Below, in pieces: positions 10,232-18,859 of a DNA stretch of 64,000 bases. The DNA lies in contig DYFC01000034.1 of the NCBI GenBank assembly GCA_020725385.1, positions 32,001 to 96,000 on the forward strand, in the 5' to 3' direction. This stretch comes from Nitrospira japonica (lineage in GTDB: Bacteria > Nitrospirota > Thermodesulfovibrionia > Thermodesulfovibrionales > SM23-35). The position numbers and the translations under genes are program-made. Numbering within the stretch: the first letter of the stretch is position 1; each line of letters opens with the position of its first letter. A model generated the notes under the pieces. It searched no databases. It was given only the letters and a program-made list of their open reading frames with translations, and was not told where the DNA came from.

Positions 10232-11061
10232 TATTTCACCCCTGCTTTATAGTGTTCCATGGCAATTTTTTCTTCATCAATATACATTCTTTGCCTTGAC
10301 ATTAAGAGATTGAAATCAACCTTATGTCCATCGAATTCAGGTCCATCAACACATGCAAATTTTGTTTCACCGCCGACTTCAACCCTGCATGCTCCACACA
10401 TTCCTGTTGCATCAACCATTATGGAATTCAGACTGACAATAGTTTTAACATTATGTTTTTGAGTAGTAATGCATACAAATTTCATCATTATCGCAGGTCC
10501 AATTGCATAAACGAGTTTTACACTTTTATCTTCATGCAAAATTTCATCAACAGGCACGGTAACAACAGCTTTTCTTCCGTAAGAACCATCATCGGTTACA
10601 ACTATCAATTCATCCGATACACTTCTCATTTTGTCTTCCCAGAAAATGAGTTCTTTCATTCTTGCTCCAATTATAGATATTACAGTATTGCCTGCTTCTT
10701 TTAATGCACGTGCAATAGGATAAACAGGTGCGATTCCAACACCGCCTCCAACACAAATAACTTTGCCAAAATTTTCAATATGCGAAGGAATTCCGAGAGG
10801 ACCTATAACATCTGTAATATAGTCACCTTCGTTTAATGTAGAAAGCTCATGGGTAGTTTTACCGATTTTTTGGAAAACAGTTGTAATAGTTCCTTTTTCT
10901 CTGTCAAAGTCTGCTATTGTAAGGGGAATTCTTTCTCCTTTTTCATGAATGCGAAGCACAAAAAAATTGCCTGCCTTTGCTTTTTGTGCTATTTCTTTTG
11001 CATCAATTACAAATAGAACTACAGCATCAGACAAGATCTGTTTTTCGAGGATTTTGAACAT
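10231..11061 (-). CDS. nfnA: NfnA/SudB-like small subunit (PyrK-like FAD/NAD-binding, [2Fe-2S])
   Basis: GERIPLTIAD, GGGVGIAP, MVDATGMCGACRV..ACVDGPEFDGH (Asp-ligated 2Fe-2S motif). Confidence 0.88.
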   Translation of the reverse strand: MFKILEKQILSDAVVLFVIDAKEIAQKAKAGNFFVLRIHEKGERIPLTIADFDREKGTITTVFQKIGKTTHELSTLNEGDYITDVIGPLGIPSHIENFGKVICVGGGVGIAPVYPIARALKEAGNTVISIIGARMKELIFWEDKMRSVSDELIVVTDDGSYGRKAVVTVPVDEILHEDKSVKLVYAIGPAIMMKFVCITTQKHNVKTIVSLNSIMVDATGMCGACRVEVGGETKFACVDGPEFDGHKVDFNLLMSRQRMYIDEEKIAMEHYKAGVK

Positions 11062-11096
11062 TAAAAACTCCTTTCTAATACGGCGGTGCCGGGATG

Positions 11097-11152
11097 AACT
11101 TAAGATCTAAAACTCAAAATTCAAGATTCAAAACTCAAAACTCAAAATTCAA
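11097..11152. repeat. Degenerate heptanucleotide tandem repeat (AAYTCAA)x8
   Basis: aacttaa gatctaa aactcaa aattcaa gattcaa aactcaa aactcaa aattcaa. Confidence 0.8.
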
Positions 11153-11321
11153 GAATGGGTTTCTATAGCTAATGCTTTCATAGTATAAACTCTCAATAAA
11201 TTTTTTGGAATAATTTTTTATACAAATTAAAAATAACCTCTATTTATGATGATTTTATAATTGAAAATAATAAGCTTATCAAGCTATTAAAAAAATTATT
11301 TTACATTAATCAATTTTTTAC

Positions 11322-11351
11322 TTGACAAGACCGAGCACTTTCAAGTATAAC
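11322..11351 (+). promoter_or_regulatory. sigma70 promoter of the nuo operon
   Basis: TTGACA-N18-TATAAC, 10 nt upstream of the nuoA ATG. Confidence 0.6.
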
Positions 11352-11361
11352 ATACTCGCTT

Positions 11362-11733
11362 ATGCCTGGAACGTATTTGCCAACAGAATATTTACCGGTT
11401 TTGATTTTTATACTCGTTGCAGAGGCGTTTGGTTTTGGCGCACTGTTAATAGGAGTAGTATTCAGACCTAAAAAGCCTTACCTTGAAAAATTACTGCCTT
11501 ATGAATCAGGTATTGATCCCAAAGGAGAACCTCGCACAAGATTTGCAATTCGTTTTTATATAATAGCAATGCTTTTTGTGGTTTTTGATGTTGAAGCAAT
11601 TTTTATTTATCCATGGGCAATTGTATTTGATAAGATCGGCATATTTGCATTTATTGAAATGGTTATCTTTATTCTGATACTTTTAGTCGGATACATCTAT
11701 GCCTGGAAAAAAGAAGCTTTTGTCTGGGATTAA
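11362..11733 (+). CDS. nuoA: NADH-quinone oxidoreductase subunit A
   Basis: PYESGIDP, FYIIAMLFVVFDVEAIFIYPWA. Confidence 0.95.
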   Translation: MPGTYLPTEYLPVLIFILVAEAFGFGALLIGVVFRPKKPYLEKLLPYESGIDPKGEPRTRFAIRFYIIAMLFVVFDVEAIFIYPWAIVFDKIGIFAFIEMVIFILILLVGYIYAWKKEAFVWD

Positions 11734-11758
11734 AATACCTAACAGGGGGTTATTGTAG

Positions 11759-12277
11759 ATGCTGGATACATCGAGTTTAGGCCTGATTCAAGTGCAGCAG
11801 GATGTTAAGATACTGCCTCCAAATGCTATTATTACGACTTTTGACAAAATTATTAACTGGGGCAGGCTTTCATCTATATGGCCTATGACATTCGGACTTG
11901 CTTGATGTGCTATTGAGATGATGGCCGTGGGCGCATCACATTATGATTTTGACAGGTTCGGTGTTATTTTTAGAGCTTCACCCCGACAGGCAGATTGCAT
12001 TATAATCGCAGGCACAGTTACTAAGAAAATGGCTCCAATTGTAAGAAGAGTTTATGATCAAATGCCTGAGCCGAGATATGTTATCTCTGTTGGAAGTTGT
12101 GCATGCACCGGAGGGATTTTCAAAACATACAGCACAGTACAGGGTTGCGATACTTTCCTGCCGGTTGATGTTTTTATCCCTGGTTGCCCTCCAAGACCCG
12201 AGACATTTCTTGAAGGTGTAATGTTGCTTCAGGAAAAAATAAGAAAAGAACAGGCGAGGTGGAGTCCATGGCGGTAA
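11759..12277 (+). CDS. nuoB: NADH-quinone oxidoreductase subunit B, probable selenoprotein (TGA at 11903-11905 read as Sec49)
   Basis: The frame from ATG 11759 reads ...[43 protein letters not shown]. The TGA occupies the first Cys of the conserved CC motif and is followed by a hairpin. Confidence 0.88.
11903..11941 (+). promoter_or_regulatory. Candidate bacterial SECIS element of nuoB
   Basis: TGATG-GCC-[GTG]-GGC-G-CATCA stem-loop; the loop G lies 22 nt after the UGA. Confidence 0.6.
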
Positions 12278-12849
12278 CCGAAGTTGTAGCAGGTTTGTAT
12301 CCTGCCGGAATAGAGCAGGAAAAAATAGCTGAAATGATAAAAGAAAAATTTCCCGAGCAGGTAATTGATGTTACCAATTTCAGGGATCAGGTTGCTGTTA
12401 TTATAAAGAAAAATCAGAGTTTTTCAATCCTTAAATATCTCCATGATGAACCAACTCTTAGTTTTGACCATCTTAGAGATCTAACTGCTGTTGACTGGTC
12501 TAATAAAAAAGAAGTAAGATTTGAAGTCGTTTATAATCTTTTATCAACAAAATACCGTCATATACTAAGAATAAAAGTACAGGTTCCGGAAAATGACGTG
12601 AAAATTGCTTCGGTTGTGCCGATATGGGCAGGAGCAAATTGGCATGAACGTGAATGTTTTGATATGTTCGGAATTCAATTTACAGGTCATCCCGATTTAA
12701 GAAGAATTTTAATGCCAGAGGACTGGGAAGGTTATCCATTGAGAAAAGATTATCCTTTAAAAGGATATGAAGGAGATAAAGACTGGCCTGGATTTATTCA
12801 AGTTATTAAAAGATCTCAAGAACTGAAGGAGTTTGAGTGGCATGATTAA
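12268..12849 (+). CDS. nuoC: NADH-quinone oxidoreductase subunit C
   Basis: [47 protein letters not shown]. Confidence 0.95.
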   Translation: MAVTEVVAGLYPAGIEQEKIAEMIKEKFPEQVIDVTNFRDQVAVIIKKNQSFSILKYLHDEPTLSFDHLRDLTAVDWSNKKEVRFEVVYNLLSTKYRHILRIKVQVPENDVKIASVVPIWAGANWHERECFDMFGIQFTGHPDLRRILMPEDWEGYPLRKDYPLKGYEGDKDWPGFIQVIKRSQELKEFEWHD

Positions 12850-14311
12850 GATGCAGGAGCCTGAAAAGATTTTTGAGACGAGAGAACTGAATGTTAATAT
12901 GGGGCCACAGCATCCGGCTACCCATGGGGTATTAAGAGTTGTATTGGACCTTGATGGTGAAACTATTGTCAGACTTACTCCATACGTTGGTTATCTGCAT
13001 CGTGGTATAGAAAAGCTCGGTGAAAGTCTGAGTTATTTTCAGGCATTGCCTTTAACAGACAGGATGGACTATGTCTCAGCAATGTCCAATAATATAGGTT
13101 ATTGCGTAGCTGTTGAAAAACTTTATGGAATAGAACCTCCGCCAAGAGCAAAATTCATAAGAACAATTGTTGGAGAGTTGTCAAGAATTTCAAATCATCT
13201 CTTATGGCTTGCAACACACGCTCTTGACATCGGCGCAATGACAGTCTTTCTTTATTGTTTCAGGGAAAGAGAATGGATACTTGAATTATTTGAGATGATA
13301 TGCGGTGCAAGACTTACCGTTACATATCCAAGAGTTGGTGGAGTAAGAAACGATATATCCAAAGAATTTATAGATCATCTCGTAAAATTCCTTGCAGAAT
13401 TTCCTTCAAGAATACTTGAATATGAAACATTAATTGATCAGAATAGAATCTGGCTTCAAAGGACTGTAGGTATTGGTGTTATCTCTGCTGAAGAAGCCAT
13501 TAACTGGGGAATGACAGGACCTACATTAAGAGGTTCTGGAATTCCGTATGATATTAGAAAATTTATGCCTTATGATGCCTATGATCAGGTTGAATTTGAA
13601 ATTCCTATAGGTACCGCAGGCGATACATATGATAGATACCGTTGCAGAATGCTTGAAATGAGGCAGTCTGTAAAAATAATCATACAATGTCTCGAGAAAC
13701 TTCCTGCCGGTCCTGTAATGGCTGATGCTCCAAAGTTTGTACTTCCTCCAAAAGACAAAATGTTAATAATCACACATCCTGTAAATGAAATTGCATATTT
13801 CATAGATGAAAAAGCATGTAAAGGATGTGGAATGTGTTTAAGAGCATGTCCTGCAAAAGCAATAACAGGTGAGAAAAAGAAACCGCATAAAATTGATCAG
13901 GCTTTATGTCTGCAATGTGCCACCTGTTTTGTTACATGTAAGTTCAAGGCTTTAAAAATAGTTCCGGGAGGAAAAGGACAGACAGAGGAGAAACTTGTAG
14001 AGCTTGCAGCGCAGCCTGTTTCGGATGAACTAAAACAGGCTCAAGAAGCACTCGTTGCTCATTTTGATTTCATAAAGAAAGGACCCAAGGTTCCTGAAGG
14101 TGAAGTATATGTAGCAACAGAAGTCCCGAAAGGAGAGCTTGGATTCTATTTTGTCAGTGATGGTACGCATAAACCATATAGAATGCGTGTTAGGTCGCCA
14201 TCCTTTATTCATGCAGGATGTCTTGAAAGACTCTGTAAAGGGCATTTGGTTGCGGATGTTATAGCTAATATTGGAACGATTGATATCGTTCTTGGAGAGT
14301 GTGACAGGTAG
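12842..14311 (+). CDS. nuoD: NADH-quinone oxidoreductase subunit D with an internal 2x[4Fe-4S] ferredoxin domain
   Basis: [52 protein letters not shown]; insert contains [12 protein letters not shown] and [12 protein letters not shown]. Confidence 0.93.
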   Translation: MIKMQEPEKIFETRELNVNMGPQHPATHGVLRVVLDLDGETIVRLTPYVGYLHRGIEKLGESLSYFQALPLTDRMDYVSAMSNNIGYCVAVEKLYGIEPPPRAKFIRTIVGELSRISNHLLWLATHALDIGAMTVFLYCFREREWILELFEMICGARLTVTYPRVGGVRNDISKEFIDHLVKFLAEFPSRILEYETLIDQNRIWLQRTVGIGVISAEEAINWGMTGPTLRGSGIPYDIRKFMPYDAYDQVEFEIPIGTAGDTYDRYRCRMLEMRQSVKIIIQCLEKLPAGPVMADAPKFVLPPKDKMLIITHPVNEIAYFIDEKACKGCGMCLRACPAKAITGEKKKPHKIDQALCLQCATCFVTCKFKALKIVPGGKGQTEEKLVELAAQPVSDELKQAQEALVAHFDFIKKGPKVPEGEVYVATEVPKGELGFYFVSDGTHKPYRMRVRSPSFIHAGCLERLCKGHLVADVIANIGTIDIVLGECDR

Positions 14312-14314
14312 AAT

Positions 14315-15373
14315 ATGAATATGGCAAATGTAATAAGTCCTACAACTGTTGATGCTTTAATTAAATTTGGCATTGATGTAGCTATTATTCTTCTTAAAAT
14401 AGTAATAGTTCTTGCGGTTGGCTTACTTCATGTAGCATATGCAACATATTTCGAACGTAAAGTAATAGGTCATATGCAGGTAAGACTTGGACCAATGAGG
14501 GTTGGACCTCACGGTCTTCTTCAGCCTTTTGCTGATGGTATAAAACTTTTCTTTAAAGAAGACATAATCCCTGCTCAGGCTGATAAAGTAGTCTTTTATA
14601 TTGCTCCTATTATTTTTATGGCTGCTGCAATGGTTAATTTGTCCGTAATTCCATTTGATGCAAATTTTGTAATTGCTGATATTAATGTTGGATTGCTTTT
14701 CATCTTTGCGATGGCTGGAGTTGGTGTTTATGGAATATTTATATCAGGATGGGCATCAAATTCAAAATATGCATTCATGGGAGGACTTAGATCATCTGCA
14801 CAGGTTATAAGTTATGAAATTGCGATGGGTCTCAGCCTTGTTGGTGTTATGATGATGGCGGGTTCTTTAAATCTCTCGGATATAATCAGGGCACAAGGTG
14901 AATCAATATTTGGCATGTACGCTATCCCCCAGTTTATAGGATTTATAGTATTTGTAATTGCTGCAGTTGCAGAAACAAACAGAACACCGTTTGATTTGCC
15001 CGAAGCCGAAAGCGAATTAGTAGCAGGTTATTTTACAGAATATAGTAGTTTCAGATTTGCTCTATTCTTTCTTGGCGAATATATAGCAATGATTCTTATG
15101 GCGTCATTATGCACAATATGTTTCCTCGGTGGATGGACATTGCCATGGTATGTTTTGAAAATTTTCCCGTTCCTTAGTTATGTGCCGGGAGTTGTATGGT
15201 TTGTGTTGAAAGTTTATGCATTTTTCTTCTTCTATTACTGGATAAGAGCAACAGTACCAAGATACAGATACGACCAGTTTATGGCTATAGGCTGGAAGAT
15301 TTTAATTCCGGTTGCGATAGGAAATATATTATTAACAGGTCTTGTGAAAATTATTTTGAAAGAGGTATTGTAG
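14315..15373 (+). CDS. nuoH: NADH-quinone oxidoreductase subunit H
   Basis: ERKVIGHMQVRLGP, GLLQPFADGIKL, AETNRTPFDLPEAESELVAGY. Confidence 0.96.
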   Translation: MNMANVISPTTVDALIKFGIDVAIILLKIVIVLAVGLLHVAYATYFERKVIGHMQVRLGPMRVGPHGLLQPFADGIKLFFKEDIIPAQADKVVFYIAPIIFMAAAMVNLSVIPFDANFVIADINVGLLFIFAMAGVGVYGIFISGWASNSKYAFMGGLRSSAQVISYEIAMGLSLVGVMMMAGSLNLSDIIRAQGESIFGMYAIPQFIGFIVFVIAAVAETNRTPFDLPEAESELVAGYFTEYSSFRFALFFLGEYIAMILMASLCTICFLGGWTLPWYVLKIFPFLSYVPGVVWFVLKVYAFFFFYYWIRATVPRYRYDQFMAIGWKILIPVAIGNILLTGLVKIILKEVL

Positions 15374-15374
15374 C

Positions 15375-15899
15375 GTGACATTCAAACATTTCATTAAAAC
15401 AATTACCTTTATAGAAATATTGAAAGGTATGGCTTTAACATTAAGAAGGATGTTTTCTAAGGCAGTTACAATACAATATCCCGATGAAAGAAGAAAGATT
15501 GCGCCTGGTTTTAGAGGGCAACATGCTCTTTCAAAACGTGGCGGGAAAGCAAAATGTGTTGGTTGCGGATTATGCGCTACAATATGCCCTTCGCAATGTA
15601 TAAGCATAACGAGAGAAAAAGGTCAGGTTACAAAATATCAAATAGAGCTTCTAAGATGTATATATTGTGGATTTTGTGTTGAAGCTTGCCCGTATGGAGC
15701 TATCTCTCTAACTGAGAATTATGAATATTCTTCTTACAACAAACAGGATTTAATGATGACAAAGGAAAAATTATTATCAAACTGGGATAAATATATGCCC
15801 GGTACAAAAGGCGAAGAATATTACAAAAAATTCTGGAGGCCTATGTCAGAGGATTTCGGTACACCTCCCGGACAGGCAATGTATGGAGGTAAAAGATAA
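15375..15899 (+). CDS. nuoI: NADH-quinone oxidoreductase subunit I
   Basis: TIQYPDE, FRGQH, CVGCGLCATICP and CIYCGFCVEACP. Confidence 0.95.
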   Translation: MTFKHFIKTITFIEILKGMALTLRRMFSKAVTIQYPDERRKIAPGFRGQHALSKRGGKAKCVGCGLCATICPSQCISITREKGQVTKYQIELLRCIYCGFCVEACPYGAISLTENYEYSSYNKQDLMMTKEKLLSNWDKYMPGTKGEEYYKKFWRPMSEDFGTPPGQAMYGGKR

Positions 15900-16411
15900 T
15901 GGTATCCATAGGCTTTTTTATATATTTTGCTTTTGCAATTGTAGTTCTTTCATTGCTTGTAGTAACAAGAAGGAATCCTGTTCACAGTGTTTTATGGATG
16001 CTTCTTTTGTTTTTCCATATAGCAGGAGTATATTTGTTCCTTAACGCTGAATTTATGGCTGCAATACAGGTCATTGTATATGCAGGAGGTATCCTTGTTT
16101 TATTCTTATTTGTTGTTCTTTTAATGAACTTACGAGAAGAGTTATCAATAGGTAAATACACCACATTTGGCCCGACAGGTTTTACTTTCGCTTTAGGACT
16201 TTTTGTAGCTGTTTCTATGGCACTGAGTTCTTTTATAGCTGCGCCTCCCGGCAAATATTCAATAGATTTAATCAAGCAGGAGACACATGTAAAAGCACTC
16301 GGTAAATTGTTATATACAGAGTTTATTTATCCTTTTGAAATTGCTTCTTTGATTCTTTTAGTTGCAATGATTGGAGCAATAGTCCTTGCGAAAAGGAGGC
16401 TTAAGAGTTAA
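15899..16411 (+). CDS. nuoJ: NADH-quinone oxidoreductase subunit J
   Basis: NPVHS, LNAEFMAAIQVIVYAGGILVLFLFVVLL, PFEIASLILLVAMIGAI. Confidence 0.95.
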   Translation: MVSIGFFIYFAFAIVVLSLLVVTRRNPVHSVLWMLLLFFHIAGVYLFLNAEFMAAIQVIVYAGGILVLFLFVVLLMNLREELSIGKYTTFGPTGFTFALGLFVAVSMALSSFIAAPPGKYSIDLIKQETHVKALGKLLYTEFIYPFEIASLILLVAMIGAIVLAKRRLKS

Positions 16412-16412
16412 G

Positions 16413-16718
16413 ATGGCGGTTCCATTAAGCTGGTACATGTTATTGAGTCTTGCTGTATTTTCAATCGGTGTGTTTGGTTTTCTTTCAAGAAGAAACATTA
16501 TTATTATGTTAATGTCTATAGAATTAATGTTAAACGGAGTAAATATTAATTTAATCGCTCTCAGTCATTATATTCAGGATTTAAGGGGCCAGATACTTGC
16601 GTTTTTTGTGATAGCGGTTGCAGCAGCCGAGGCGGCGATTGGACTTGCGATTGTGATTGCGATGTTCAGGAACAGGGCAACTGCGCATGTTGATGAAATC
16701 AAAGAGATGCAGGGTTGA
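16413..16718 (+). CDS. nuoK: NADH-quinone oxidoreductase subunit K
   Basis: RRNIIIMLMSIELMLNGVN, AVAAAEAAIGLA; ATG at 16413. Confidence 0.95.
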   Translation: MAVPLSWYMLLSLAVFSIGVFGFLSRRNIIIMLMSIELMLNGVNINLIALSHYIQDLRGQILAFFVIAVAAAEAAIGLAIVIAMFRNRATAHVDEIKEMQG

Positions 16719-16747
16719 TTAACAAATGAGTATAGAGGAATAAGAAT

Positions 16748-18832
16748 ATGGCAAATATGGAATTACAATGGTATCATGTTTTAATACCTTTTCTTCCGCT
16801 AACCGGTTTTATAATTAATATTCTACTTGGCAAAGAAGTAACCAGATATAAAGCTCACTGGTTTGCTGTTTCTTCTGTTTTTGGTTCATGGCTATGTTCG
16901 CTCGCTACATTACAGGATGTTCTTGGAGGCAAGATAATCGATGCCGATCTTTATACATGGATACTTTCAGGCACATTTAAGGTAGGGGTGGGATTTTTAA
17001 TTGATCCTTTAACTGCAGTTATGCTCATTGTTGTTACAACCTGTGCAACTTTGATTCATATTTATGCAATAGGTTATATGCATGGTGACACAGGTTATTA
17101 CAGATTTTTCTCATATCTGAATCTTTTCACATTCTGTATGCTTATGCTTGTAATGGGCAATAACTTCCTCCAGCTTTATTTCGGATGGGAAGGTGTAGGA
17201 CTTTGCTCTTATTTCTTGATTGGATATTATTTCAATAAAAAATCTGCTGCAGATGCTGGAAAGAAAGCCTTCATAGTCAATAGATTCGGCGACTTTGGTT
17301 TTGGAATCGGTGTTTTTATGGTCTTTTTAACATTTGGAACTTTACACTATGCTGATGTTTTTGCGAATGTTAGCAGTATTGCCGGTAAAACAGTCAATTT
17401 TCTTGGTTTAAATGTTGACCTTCCAACATTGATTGCACTATTACTTTTTTGCGGTGCGGTTGGAAAATCAGCCCAGATTCCATTACATGTCTGGCTTCCA
17501 GATGCAATGGAAGGTCCCACACCTGTCAGCGCATTAATCCATGCTGCCACAATGGTTACAGCGGGTGTATTTCTCGTTGCAAGATGCAATCCTATTTTCA
17601 ACCTTTCTGAAATTGCAATGAATACAGTCGCAATTATCGGGGCGTTGACAATGTTCTTTGCAGCAACAATCGCTATAACGCAAAATGATATAAAAAGAAT
17701 TATAGCTTTTTCTACATGTAGTCACTTAGGTTATATGTTTCTTGCCTGTGGAGTTGGAGCTTATGCAGCAGGAATATTCCATCTTTACACCCATGCATTT
17801 TTCAAAGCACTTCTATTTCTTGCAGCAGGTAGTGTAATTCATGCAGTTCATACAAATAATATTCAGTTTATGGGTGGATTGAAAAAATATATGCCTATTA
17901 CATACGCGGTTTTCGTTATTGCTGGGTTAAGTGCCGGCGGATTTCCCGGTCTTTCCGGATTCTTCAGCAAGGATGAGATTATATGGTCTGCATATGCTTC
18001 CCATTCAAGCGTAGGTAAATTTGTATGGATACTCGCACTTGCCGGAGCATTCTTTACACCTTTCTATACATTTAGATTAATATTCAGGACTTTCTTCGGA
18101 GAATATCGTGGTGGACTCGAGGCAGAAGAAGCAGCGACTCATGCACATAGCAGTTCACATGGTTCGGGGCATAGTTCACATGGTGCCGGTCATGATTCTC
18201 ACGGTTCAGGACACGACCCGCACGGACATGATTCATCTCATGGTTCCGGACATGATTCACACGGAGGACATGGACATGGTCCCCATGAATCACCTTATAT
18301 TATGACAGTGCCCTTGATGTTTCTTGCTGTTGGAGCAATAGCTGCCGGCTGGGTTGGCATTCCGCCTTTACTCGGGGGAGGAAATCATTTTGCTCATTTC
18401 TTACAGCCTGTTGTAGGCCACCCGGAATTTCATGGCACTCATGCTGAAGAATGGGGTGTAATGATATTATCAACCACAATTGCACTAATTGGCCTGGGAC
18501 TTGCAGCATTTATGTATTTAAGAAAAACCGATTTACCCGAGAGAATTTCAAAACAATTCTCATTGTTATATAAAATTTTATATAACAAATATTATGTGGA
18601 TGAATTTTATAATCTTACTATTGTGCAGCCGACTCTTAAACTTGCAAATAAAGTGCTTGTAGGATTTACAGATGCCAAGATAATTGAAGGTATAGTTAAT
18701 GGTGTGCCTAACTTAATAGGAATATTCAGCCAGAAACTTAGAAGGCTTCAAACAGGAATAGCGCATCATTATGCAATATTTATGGCAGCAGGTGCAGTTT
18801 TTATAGTTGCACTGGTAATTTTATTGAGTTAA
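16748..18832 (+). CDS. nuoL: NADH-quinone oxidoreductase subunit L (His/Gly/Ser-rich loop)
   Basis: GWEGVGLCSY, KAFIVNRFGD, GKSAQIPLHVWLPDAMEGPTPVSALIHAATMVTAGV. Confidence 0.96.
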   Translation: MANMELQWYHVLIPFLPLTGFIINILLGKEVTRYKAHWFAVSSVFGSWLCSLATLQDVLGGKIIDADLYTWILSGTFKVGVGFLIDPLTAVMLIVVTTCATLIHIYAIGYMHGDTGYYRFFSYLNLFTFCMLMLVMGNNFLQLYFGWEGVGLCSYFLIGYYFNKKSAADAGKKAFIVNRFGDFGFGIGVFMVFLTFGTLHYADVFANVSSIAGKTVNFLGLNVDLPTLIALLLFCGAVGKSAQIPLHVWLPDAMEGPTPVSALIHAATMVTAGVFLVARCNPIFNLSEIAMNTVAIIGALTMFFAATIAITQNDIKRIIAFSTCSHLGYMFLACGVGAYAAGIFHLYTHAFFKALLFLAAGSVIHAVHTNNIQFMGGLKKYMPITYAVFVIAGLSAGGFPGLSGFFSKDEIIWSAYASHSSVGKFVWILALAGAFFTPFYTFRLIFRTFFGEYRGGLEAEEAATHAHSSSHGSGHSSHGAGHDSHGSGHDPHGHDSSHGSGHDSHGGHGHGPHESPYIMTVPLMFLAVGAIAAGWVGIPPLLGGGNHFAHFLQPVVGHPEFHGTHAEEWGVMILSTTIALIGLGLAAFMYLRKTDLPERISKQFSLLYKILYNKYYVDEFYNLTIVQPTLKLANKVLVGFTDAKIIEGIVNGVPNLIGIFSQKLRRLQTGIAHHYAIFMAAGAVFIVALVILLS

Positions 18833-18859
18833 AAAGGATAAAACTCTTAGAGGAGAACA

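Noticed and set aside
11903-11905. nuoB as a pseudogene
   Set aside because: The single TGA falls exactly on a conserved Cys, with a downstream hairpin, in an otherwise intact operon; Sec is more parsimonious.
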